Source of the DNA: Octopus bimaculoides
Lineage: Eukaryota
DNA: 60,351 nt
Assembly: GCF_001194135.2 (NCBI RefSeq)
Contig: NC_068997.1
Span: forward strand, 23,685,253-23,745,603
Direction: 5' to 3'
Made by a program: the position numbers and the translations under genes
Notes under the pieces: generated by a model
What the model saw: the letters and a program-made list of their open reading frames with translations, nothing else
Told to the model about the DNA's origin: nothing
Databases searched by the model: none
In this document: in pieces, positions 40,510 to 51,932 of the stretch
Numbering within the stretch: position 1 is the stretch's first letter
How the letters are laid out: each line of letters opens with the position of its first letter

Positions 40510-41322
40510 NNNNNNNNNNNNNNNNNNNNNNNNNNNNNNNNNNNNNNNNNNNNNNNNNNNNNNNNNNNNNNNNNNNNNNNNNNNNNNNNNNNNNNNNNNN
40601 NNNNNNNNNNNNNNNNNNNNNNNNNNNNNNNNNNNNNNNNNNNNNNNNNNNNNNNNNNNNNNNNNNNNNNNNNNNNNNNNNNNNNNNNNNNNNNNNNNNN
40701 NNNNNNNNNNNNNNNNNNNNNNNNNNNNNNNNNNNNNNNNNNNNNNNNNNNNNNNNNNNNNNNNNNNNNNNNNNNNNNNNNNNNNNNNNNNNNNNNNNNN
40801 NNNNNNNNNNNNNNNNNNNNNNNNNNNNNNNNNNNNNNNNNNNNNNNNNNNNNNNNNNNNNNNNNNNNNNNNNNNNNNNNNNNNNNNNNNNNNNNNNNNN
40901 NNNNNNNNNNNNNNNNNNNNNNNNNNNNNNNNNNNNNNNNNNNNNNNNNNNNNNNNNNNNNNNNNNNNNNNNNNNNNNNNNNNNNNNNNNNNNNNNNNNN
41001 NNNNNNNNNNNNNNNNNNNNNNNNNNNNNNNNNNNNNNNNNNNNNNNNNNNNNNNNNNNNNNNNNNNNNNNNNNNNNNNNNNNNNNNNNNNNNNNNNNNN
41101 NNNNNNNNNNNNNNNNNNNNNNNNNNNNNNNNNNNNNNNNNNNNNNNNNNNNNNNNNNNNNNNNNNNNNNNNNNNNNNNNNNNNNNNNNNNNNNNNNNNN
41201 NNNNNNNNNNNNNNNNNNNNNNNNNNNNNNNNNNNNNNNNNNNNNNNNNNNNNNNNNNNNNNNNNNNNNNNNNNNNNNNNNNNNNNNNNNNNNNNNNNNN
41301 NNNNNNNNNNNNNNNNNNNNNN

Positions 41323-41374
<52 letters not shown>

Positions 41375-41426
41375 CACACTCACGTATATATATATATATA
41401 GAGAGAGAGAGAATCACGAATTATAC

Positions 41427-41521
41427 AACCTAACCCTAACCCTAACACTAACCCTGACCTTAACTCTAACACTAACCCTGACCCTAACCCTAACCCTAAC
41501 CCTTACGCTAACGCTAACCCT
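41427..41521 (-). repeat. Interstitial telomere-like (TTAGGG)n tract, ~16 degenerate units
   Basis: Plus strand reads TAACCC units with TAACAC, TGACCC, TAACTC and TAACGC variants. Confidence 0.9.
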
Positions 41522-43067
41522 ATGTTCATTCATGACTGAAGGAGGTCTTTACCCTTTCCATTTACATATATTCACATACAATTGTCCATTGTGCTCTTAA
41601 GACGGTAGTATATGAGTTGGGGGAGATGAAGCTGCTAAACGTGCATGGAAGGAAGTCCGTTACTATGTGTTGTCCATGAATATTCCTTGATATGTGAATC
41701 GAATTTTTCTTGCTGGTGCTGAAGTTGCATAGAGGATTATGTTCTTCTTGGTAAATATTTTGCACTACAAACGGAACATGATGCATCTGTGCTGCATGCG
41801 AGAGAAGCCATAATGCAGACACTTAAGAAGAGGTGACAGACGGCAGCATCTTCTTACCATTTCTATCCTTATGTGGGTTGGAACAGAAGTAGCAATGAGA
41901 TCATTAAGGAATAAATGTCAAGGAGATTTGACAAGAATTGATGTTCATTCTTGCTTTCAGATTTATGATTAAAGGGGGAGATTTTCAAAAAAAAAAAAAC
42001 AACGCTATCCACTAAGCTTGCGCCAGAGTGGATAATCTAATTTTCATATTTGAACTTTTGACGATTCCAGATTTATTAAACACTGTTATTGGTGTTGTGG
42101 AGTGGCCTCTAAACAATTGCGGTTTCCAGCATCAAAAATATACATTGGGTGTATACGCAAAGCATAGTATAAATTCTTATGCAACACCTAGTGGATGCTT
42201 GATTATGTTTTTTTTTTCTTTACGTGAACTTTCTCATATTTAAAAGACAACTAGGGGCTCAGTATAGAAGTAGTATCAAGCTGTACGCAGGGGTACAATT
42301 ATATCTGAAGTAGCGAAAGGGCTCACATTACTAATAATAGTATGAAACACATATATGTACACGCGCGCGCGCACACACTAATAAATAAATAAACAATTAA
42401 AATTAAATTCCTCAATGGGAATACAGAAATAAAATGGAAGAAAACAAACAATACAGATTATTTGGGTTGGATTATCCTGCGATTGAGAATTTAAAATCAC
42501 TTCATTAACTTTCTAAGACATCTCAGCGATTCTAAAAGCAAACTTCGTTTGTTTGTTTACATTCATCGTAATTTGAATTTAACATATGATTTTATGACTT
42601 AAACCTTTATTAACAATCATAGTTTGTTCAACCTGGAATACAAAAATAGTACAAGTGATTATTCAAGTTGGTAATATTAGAAATTTAGACTCTGTACCAT
42701 TAGAAATATGCCCTTTCAAAATTGTTTGGATTTACTTGTAGATATATATGTGTATATAATATCTACACGCGCGCGCGCTTGCACACACACACACACACAC
42801 ACTCATTTATATTTTATTTAAATTTCGTGATATGCAACATATCAATGAACCTTGCTCCTCAAGTGATCAACAGGAAATGAGCCTAATTCAAGATGGAACC
42901 CAGTGAAGCGGCTATTGGATAATAAACGTGACTCTTACAAAATGTGTTAAATGCTGCTTAGTTTCGGTTGTCCATAACTCGTATATATACATACATACAA
43001 ACATCTATATATACATATATATACATACAAACATATATGTAGGTAGATAGATAGATAAATAAATAGA

Positions 43068-43256
43068 TGACCGTTGACTGAACACTATTCAATTTTTTTT
43101 CTCCGTGTTTTTCTCCTTGTCTCCGTATTCTTTCTGTTGAAGAGCGTAGCTCGAAACGTCAAAGACTTTCCGTATTCCCGAGCGTCATATTAATACATCC
43201 TTTTGTTATTTACACCACCTGTCCTCGTCTGTTGTTGTTTTTTCGTACATTCTCCC
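43068..43256 (+). mobile_element. Penelope-like terminal repeat with hammerhead-like motif, ending at (AT)n
   Basis: TTGAAGA-GCGTAGCTC-GAAACGTC at 43137-43160. It ends TTCTCCC immediately before (AT)n. Confidence 0.55.
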
Positions 43257-43484
43257 ATATATATATATATGTATATNNNNNNNNNNNNNNNNNNNNNNNN
43301 NNNNNNNNNNNNNNNNNNNNNNNNNNNNNNNNNNNNNNNNNNNNNNNNNNNNNNNNNNNNNNNNNNNNNNNNNNNNNNNNNNNNNNNNNNNNNNNNNNNN
43401 NNNNNNNNNNNNNNNNNNNNNNNNNNNNNNNNNNNNNNNNNNNNNNNNNNNNNNNNNNNNNNNNNNNNNNNNNNNNNNNNNNNN

Positions 43485-43565
43485 ATTAAGGGATCAGCAA
43501 ACATTTGCTTCACCATATACCGAAGTTCAGTATATGGTGAAGCAAATGTTTGCTGATCCCTTAAT
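43485..43565. repeat. Perfect 36-bp inverted repeat with 9-nt loop
   Basis: ATTAAGGGATCAGCAAACATTTGCTTCACCATATAC / CGAAGTTCA / exact reverse complement. Confidence 0.97.
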
Positions 43566-43704
43566 TATGTTTATAAATATATATGAACTTTTAAATAAGT
43601 TCCCCACCGATAATGGTGCTTACATACCGAAGGGCTTGGTAAAAATTATTAATTGTTGATTTATTAATAATTTAATAAATTGATAAACCTTTACCCTTTT
43701 AATT

Positions 43705-43746
<42 letters not shown>

Positions 43747-44714
43747 GACGTGCACATACACAGTTATGTTTTGCATGCACATTAGTCGTGCTTTTGGTTT
43801 ATGTTTCATGTTTGTATTGATTTTCAGGTGTAGAAAAGATCGGCGTTCGGTAGAAATTACGATCCATCTTTCAAGCCCTGATCCATTTTCATTCCAAATT
43901 TTTCTCTCAAAACTTCATGTGTATCCATTATTATATTCTTTAATCATTTTTTTAATTTTAAATGTTCATATTATTTTCTGACCCTTTCTATCTCTTCTCT
44001 CTCTCTTTATTTTGCTTGTTCTTTTCCTTATTTAGTCTATATTTTCTCTTCATTATCCTTGTCGCCGTCGTCATTGTCGTGGCTACGATTATCATCGTCA
44101 GCTCCATCATCACTGGCGTTATAAATTTTCGCTACCTTCGTTACCGTTTTCTTTACCTCCGTAAATCATATATGTTTGTGCGCGTGTGTGCATGCACATG
44201 CGCATACACACACATGCAAAAACACATACACACACACACACACATACACACACACATACAAACAAACACATACACACACAAACACACACGTATTATCTTC
44301 TTTTCTATTTTATATCCCGACCTAAAATCGTTTAACTATTGTCTTGCTGGAAATTGAATAAATAATACATTTGATAAGAAAGAAAATAAACTTAGCGTAA
44401 AGAAAACAAACTACATTTCTTGTTTTAAATCCCTCAAGTATAAAACCAAACAATGCAACTATATATNNNNNNNNNNNNNNNNNNNNNNNNNNNNNNNNNN
44501 NNNNNNNNNNNNNNNNNNNNNNNNNNNNNNNNNNNNNNNNNNNNNNNNNNNNNNNNNNNNNNNNNNNNNNNNNNNNNNNNNNNNNNNNNNNNNNNNNNNN
44601 NNNNNNNNNNNNNNNNNNNNNNNNNNNNNNNNNNNNNNNNNNNNNNNNNNNNNNNNNNNNNNNNNNNNNNNNNNNNNNNNNNNNNNNNNNNNNNNNNNNN
44701 NNNNNATATATATG

Positions 44715-44745
<31 letters not shown>

Positions 44746-44746
44746 G

Positions 44747-44778
<32 letters not shown>

Positions 44779-44978
44779 TATATATATATGTGTGTGTGTG
44801 TATGTGTGTGAATGTATATATGTATATATATATACATATATGTATATATATGTATATGTATATATGTTTATATATGTATATATATTTGTTTATATGTATA
44901 TATATATGTAAATATATACATGTGTATATACATGTGTGTATGTATATATATATATAAATATGTATATACGTATATATG

Positions 44979-45031
<53 letters not shown>

Positions 45032-45329
45032 ATTTGTATATATATGTGTGTGTATATATATATGTTTATATGCATTTATGTGCATATATATTCGTATATA
45101 TATATATTCATATAACCATATATACATTCATACGGATATATAGAGGAACATATCTTCACAACAAATGGAAGCATACACTATCCCACACACTCCCACATAC
45201 TGTACACATGTGCCCACATACACACACACTCGGAGTGATATTAATTATTGTAAACATCAGTGTTGTCCTCATCACCTTTACAGAGAGATAAGTATTATGA
45301 TCATGAAAATGATAATAATAGCTATGATG

Positions 45330-45454
45330 ATGACGAAAACAATGATGAAGAGAACGATGGTCGATGGTCGATGACGACGACGATGACGATGACGATGATG
45401 ATAATAACAAACATGATGATGATAATGATGATAATGAATATAACGGATGAATAC

Positions 45455-45490
<36 letters not shown>

Positions 45491-45525
45491 TATGATGTAT
45501 GAATACGAGGATGAATACGATGATG

Positions 45526-45592
<67 letters not shown>

Positions 45593-45772
45593 CGACGACG
45601 ATGACGACGACGACGATGATGATAACAAGAACAACACCAACAATGACAGCAGCATTGAAAGAATTATGAAAATATTATAACAATGGACAAATAATACCGA
45701 TAGGAATGTGGGAAGAAGAAGAAGAAGAAGAAGAAGAAGAAGAAGAAGAAGAAGAAGAAGAAGAAGAAGAAG
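45330..45772. repeat. (GAT)n/(GAC)n and (GAA)n microsatellites
   Basis: Directly visible. Confidence 0.95.
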
Positions 45773-46744
45773 GAACAGAGGTTGGAGGGGGAAGCCGAAG
45801 AAGAGGAAGAACAAGATAAGATAGCGGAAAAAAGGAAGTGTTAAAGAAGTTGATTTAAGCACACAAGAAAGAGGATATTTTTCAAACAAGGACATTTCAA
45901 ACAAATAACAGCATATGAAGGAGAAGAAGAAGATGAAGACGAAGAAAGAGAAAGAGAAAGAAAAAAAATCAAATAAAATAAAATTTAAAAAACAAAACAA
46001 TTTAAAAAAAAAATAAATACGTACATATAAATATAAATATAAATAAAAAACAACCTTGATAGTTGAACCGTAAAATTGAAATTTAAAATCCTTTTATCAC
46101 TGATGTATTGGGTTGATTGGATGTATTTAAATAATAATAATAATAATGATAATAATAATAATAATAAAAATAATAATGATAATAATAATAATAACAATAA
46201 TAATAAGAAGAAGAATAAGAAGAATAATAGTCTTACACATCTGAACTATTATTCTTTTGTATCAGTCTCAAGCAAAGCAGAAAATTTCTCTCATTAGAAT
46301 TAGTAATTTTTTTTTTCAATATTTTAAGAATTTCTTTTTTTTTTTTTTAGTTTTTATTGTAATCTACGTTCGCCTCATTACACAACAGAGCTCGCTTACC
46401 GACGTCATTAGCTGTATGTTGAAAAATTAAACATTTTATTCAAAAGACTTAGAATCAGTCATTGGAAAAGAGCGGGAAATTGTCTTATGAATACAAGTCA
46501 CAAACAAACATATTAACTGATCGATAGTTTAGCCAAGTTGAAGAGCGACGTGTTGACAAATATGGTGATAGGAAAAAATTGCCTTATAATATTTAGTTTC
46601 GTCTCTTTAATTTTTGAGCACGTCTGGATAGGTTCTATTCCCAATTCTTCTAATATTGTCTTTTTCTTTATTATTATTTGTTATTGTTGTTTTTCTGACA
46701 CGTTCATTTAAGAAATAAATGTATTACTTGTTATACATTGGGAT

Positions 46745-47150
46745 AAGGCAGTAACTTGTAATGTCGTTAGCATGCCAACAATTCCATTATACGTTCTGAG
46801 TTCAAATTCCGCATTAATCAATTTTGACTTTCATTCTTTCAGAGTCGACAAGTGCTAGTTGCGAATTGGGGTCGATTTAACCGTCTAGCCTCATCACAAA
46901 ATATTTCACCCCTTGTTCTAATAGCAGAAAGGATGATTTTTGTATAAATTAGGATAAAGAATTAGCTGGCAGAATCATTAGCGCATTGGACAAAGTACTT
47001 CGCGGCATTAGCCCAGCTGTTTACATTACGAGTTCAAATTCGTCTAAAGTCTTTCTTTCCTTTCTTCTTTTCAGACTCCGTAAAATAACTTAGCGTCTAA
47101 GCGCTGGAGTCGATGTAATCAACTCGCCCCTTTCTCTCAAAATTACTGGC
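46745..47150 (+). mobile_element. Two tandem diverged SINE family 2 copies (~46745-46935 and ~46962-47150)
   Basis: Each has a GAGTTCAAATTC B-box and a GTCGAT(G/T)TAA 3' block. The second starts AGCTGGCAGAATCATTAG. Confidence 0.75.
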
Positions 47151-47197
47151 TTTGAGAGATATCACAATGGACCAACCGACTTTGTGATATCGCTTTG

Positions 47198-47751
47198 AGT
47201 AGTTTTATTTTTATAACGTGCTTTCATTTCACTACCGAGCGCAGCTCTGTGTGCCTTGGGTATGTGCTGTGGTTTGTTGTGATGCACTTATGGCTACTGT
47301 AATGAAAGTGTTTTGCGTAGGATGTGTGCAGTGCCTAGTAGTGCAATTTTCTGTATGTTATATATATTTGTAAGTCCTGGTGTTTTTGTTATGTATTTGT
47401 CTGAATATGTTTTTATTATACCTAAGGCACCTACTATGATAGGAATTGTTTCTGTTTTTAGATTCCACATTCGAGTTACCTCTATTTCCAGGTCTTTGTA
47501 TTTTGAAAGTTTTTCTATTTCTTTTAGGGAAAACCTTGTCATCTGCTGGTATTGATACATCAATTAGAAAGCATTTTTTTTTCTTCATGATCTCTGACAA
47601 CTATATCTGGCGTATTGGCCTTAATTTCTCTATCTGTACGTATTGGCATATCCCAGAGTATGGTTGCTTTCTCGTTTTCTGTGACCTTTTCTGGCGTGTG
47701 TTTATACCATCTTTTTTTTCTGTTGTCATTCCATAGTGTTGGCATAACTTT
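47198..47751 (-). mobile_element. 5'-truncated R4/Dong-type LINE: endonuclease C-terminus plus 3' UTR
   Basis: KRWYKHTPEKVTENEKATILWDMPIRTDREIKANTPDIVV...IDVSIPADD (1-nt frameshift) SLKEIEKLSKYKDLEIEVTRMWNLKTETIPIIVGALG...LLGTAHILRKTLSLQ*. The 3' UTR ends AAAATAAAACTACT and the 5' junction abuts (TAA)n. Confidence 0.95.
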
Positions 47752-47755
47752 ATTA

Positions 47756-47907
<152 letters not shown>

Positions 47908-48421
47908 TTTGATACACCAGAAATGTGTGTAAGCTTTATGCATTATATTTTATTGAAAACATTCCAAAACACTACTTATAGATATTTAGTTTTTTTCCTG
48001 CAAAGCGATGAACATCAGAGTAGACACAGAGGGATATATTGAACTAAGAAACGACATCACTGATTACTATGAAGCGCATCTTGACAAATCACCTCCCTCA
48101 AGCGACGTATAAAATTCTAACAGCAGAACAGAGGCAGGTATTTTGGGGAAGCATTTTTGTGAACTTGATCAATACTGTGTCTTTACCGATACATTGTTTT
48201 CGACACAGTAATTGCAGTGGGTTAAGTTATTTCTATTCCAAGGTAAAGAGATTTAGAACAACAGCTGTAAAAATACTGAAGCGTGTTTGGAACATTTTTT
48301 TTCTATTTTTTATTTACCTTTTACCCATTATTTGTTTCAGTTATTAGACTGCAGGCAAGCTGCAGCTCTGCACACATGCACAAAAATAAACATGCATATA
48401 TGTATATATATATATATATAT

Positions 48422-48833
48422 AAAATTTAAGGAATGGAGAAAACGCATGTTATAATTGCATACTTTATTCCTACATATGTTTCAAAGGATTACAACTTGT
48501 GTGATCCATAGGGATCTGTGATATTAAAATTGTAACCTTCTCATCAGGGAAAGCATGGAAATCATCTTAAACGTAAGACATTATGACCGAGTATGAAAGA
48601 CGATAGATGGATAAGGTTATGACGTGATTCATTTGAAAAAAACCGTTAGAGAATTGGACACTGCCGGATAGTAGGTTGGACAACACATACATATAAATGT
48701 GTGAAAACATACATGCATACATAAATACATATACACATATACACACACATACATACATATACACACATATATACACATATGTAGGAATAAAGTATGCAGT
48801 TATAACATGCGTTTTCTCCATTCCTTAAATTTT
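48422..48833 (-). mobile_element. Non-coding Penelope-like terminal element with a 59-bp inverted copy of its 3' end
   Basis: 48422-48480 and 48775-48833 are reverse complements with 1 mismatch. The left end abuts (TA)n and the element contains a hammerhead. Confidence 0.8.
48463..48553 (-). ncRNA. Type I hammerhead ribozyme (predicted GUA cleavage between 48472 and 48471)
   Basis: Minus strand: CTTTCC-CTGATGA-[57-nt stem II]-GAA-ACATATGT-A-GGAATAAAG. Stem I is TTCC/GGAA and stem III is a palindrome. The only core-adjacent deviation is G10.1-U11.1. Confidence 0.8.
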
Positions 48834-49035
48834 TAAATATACTCAAATACCCAAAATTTCAAGGACTTCCTGCCTTAAAAACAGGAACAACACCAAAGTT
48901 ATTTTGTGTTATTTGCTACATTGGTTTCTATTAACCCATTTATTCTATCCGAAGAATTATTAGTCATTAAGATAGAAGAAATACATATAATTAAATATAT
49001 ATATATATATATATATATATGCGAGCACATATGTG

Positions 49036-49073
<38 letters not shown>

Positions 49074-49142
49074 GTGCACCACAGACCCTTCCAAAACAAG
49101 AAAGTACTTTCTAAGCGTTATAGTAGCCTAATAAAATTATCA

Positions 49143-49978
49143 ATTGGGTGGTATCAAAAGCGTCCCCGGTCTAATTATGAAGCGCGCCAACAGATGGCAG
49201 CACACAGTTGCGTGCGCGATGAGAGCTAGCAGTTACCTTCATGAGGCAGTGTGCTGAGTGATATCGCTGTGTTTGCTCTTGCAAGTTGGGAAATGTGTGT
49301 ATTTGTCATCATGTGTATGCTCTAGTCTGCTATTTTGTCATGAGTATGAACAAAGAGCCAGCCTGAAATTTCGTGTAAAACTTGAGAAGTTTGGATACAG
49401 AGACATTGGACATGCTTCGAAAAGTTTACGATGCCGAGACAATGAGTTGTACGCAGTGTTTCGTGTGACACAGGCGCTTCAAATGGATATGAATGTCCCT
49501 GGAAGACGATAAGCGTTCTGGAAGACCTGCCACGAGCATCACTCCTGCTAATAAAACATTGTGCATCCAGAATTTGTTCCCCAGGGCCCGACCGTCAATC
49601 GTGAGTTCTGCTGCGACGTTTTGAATTGTTTGAAGGAGAACGTTCAGCGAAAAGTGACCGGATCAGTGGAGTGCGACGAATTTGATTCTTCTACTCACTC
49701 GTGCATTTCTCGCCCAAAACAACATGGTATCGCTTCCACACACGGCCTATTCACCAAATTTAGCACCTGCGGATTTCCATTTCTTCACTATGATGAAAAT
49801 GCAGCTCAAAGGTCGCCGTTCTAACACTGTTGTCGAAATCCAGAGCGAATTGCAGAAGAGCTTCGATTTGCTTACGGAAAAGGACTTCCAGGCCGGATTC
49901 CAAAAATCGCAGGAACGCTAGCACCGGTCTATTTCAGTGCAATGTGACTATTTCGAAGAGGATGATGTTAAAACTTAC
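49143..49978 (+). mobile_element. Internally deleted mariner element (irritans/Himar-like), 3' end interrupted by a SINE
   Basis: N-terminus EQRASLKFRVKL...ETLDMLRKVY...SLEDDKRSGRPATSITPAN jumps directly to IVHPEFVPQGPTVNREF, then LPHTAYSPNLAPADFHFFTMMKMQLKGRR...DYFE. Confidence 0.9.
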
Positions 49979-49989
49979 CCTACGGAGTA

Positions 49990-50195
49990 AGTACATCGAG
50001 CAAGATGCCTACCGGTATTTTGTCTGTCTTTTGACTAGCGGACTTTTGACTGTTACGGTCTCAGTTCAAATTCTCCTTAGGTCGATCTTGCCTTTCATCC
50101 TCTCGGGATCGATAAAATAAGTACCAGTTGAGCACTATGGCTGGTTTAACCGACCTTAGTCTTCCCCTAAAATTGCTGACGTTTTCAAACCAATA
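49990..50195 (+). mobile_element. SINE family 2 copy
   Basis: CAGTTCAAATTC...GCCTTTCATCCTCTCGGGATCGATAAAATAAGTACCAGTTGAGCAC. Confidence 0.9.
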
Positions 50196-51230
50196 TAAGT
50201 ATAATTTCAAACCAGTATAAGTAATTATCATGAAAAATGAATTCACAAACCCGTTCAACATTTCGAGAATGAAGCAGAAGTCAACGCATACACATATGCA
50301 TGTATGTATGTATGTATGCATGGATGGATGGATGGATGGATGGATGTGTGTGTATATATATATATATATATTGCATAAGGAAATCTAACCGTTGGAGGTC
50401 CCCATATATTCCCACATATCTTTATATTTTGACCCTAGCAACTCATTTCAATTAAATATGTTGTTAGTGGACATTAAAATGACTTCACACAGGAAGCACT
50501 AAGACAAATATACAGAATGTGCCTTTGTTCGCTCTTATATCATTTTGATTACATAGCAGAACGAGACTTACAAATGATATATCATAAATATTATAACTTA
50601 ATATACATATAGTTATATAGATTTGTTGGGATATTCTGTTGTGACTGCTGTCATATGATCATGTAACTTTATCTGGGCAGCAACTGCTTTTGTTTTAGAA
50701 GAAAAGCAGAGACAGGAGTGTATAATTCTCGCATTTAATATACATCATTTACTTCTATAGAAATGAAAATAAATAACAGCCATTTGCAGACATTGTTAAA
50801 TGCTTCTTTACAGCATATATCATATATATGCACGCTCAATAACAGAAGCGTACGTTGTATATCTTTGTGTTTAATATATATATATATANNNNNNNNNNNN
50901 NNNNNNNNNNNNNNNNNNNNNNNNNNNNNNNNNNNNNNNNNNNNNNNNNNNNNNNNNNNNNNNNNNNNNNNNNNNNNNNNNNNNNNNNNNNNNNNNNNNN
51001 NNNNNNNNNNNNNNNNNNNNNNNNNNNNNNNNNNNNNNNNNNNNNNNNNNNNNNNNNNNNNNNNNNNNNNNNNNNNNNNNNNNNNNNNNNNNNNNNNNNN
51101 NNNNNNNNNNNNNGTCATGTCTCTTAAGTTGTCTTGGAGTTGCTGCTATTTTCCTTTCTTTAAAATGAACCTCATAAACGGGTGAATTATACGCATGTAT
51201 GAATAAACATATTAGCAGGCATAAATACAT

Positions 51231-51278
<48 letters not shown>

Positions 51279-51724
51279 ACACACACACACACACAGACGC
51301 ATGCACAAATCTAAGTGCGTGTCTTACTGGATTTATGTGTATGTTTCATAGTTGCGTATGCTTTATATACGACAACAATACTAACAGAAATATTTATCCT
51401 TAAGAAAGTATGGGTTTATAAGTTATCTCTTCGTGGATAGTTGGCAAGGGCTTATATGCAGGTAAAACATCGATGAAGGTTTAAACTGAGCCCTCAAACC
51501 GCGGATGGTAACCCTTCATCTGTTCGACTTCACGAAAGAAAGTGCATTAGACTACGAATAATATAGTCGTTATAGAATCCTCTAAATCGATTCGGCGGCC
51601 ATGAATAAAATGTCTTTGAGACTAGTTCTGCATTTACCAGATTTGATGTCCCAGGCTTGCTTAGGGAAGCTTAATACCTGAGACAGCTTAGAGATAGGCT
51701 AGCATCTAGAGAAAATATTTGTTT

Positions 51725-51932
51725 CAAGTTTTGGCAGAAAGCCAGCAGCTTGGCCGGTAAGGGGCAAATTGATTACATCGATCTGTGTACTTGAATGTTC
51801 CTTATTTTATCGACATCGAAAGGATGAAGTGCAAAGTTTACCTCGGGAAGATTTGAGCTCATGACGTTAAAACCGAAAGAAATGCCGGTAAACAATTCTT
51901 CCGACGCCGTATGATGCTACCAGCTCCTTGCT
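51725..51932 (-). mobile_element. SINE family 2 copy
   Basis: Plus strand shows GATTACATCGATC...CTTATTTTATCGACATCGAAAGGATGAA...GAAATGCCGG...CTACCAGCTC. Confidence 0.8.

Noticed and set aside
48480-48546. SECIS-like reading (AUGA...helix...AA...UGA) of the hammerhead stem II
   Set aside because: The UGA/GA pairs are simply the hammerhead core, the apical region is too large, and there is no selenoprotein ORF nearby.
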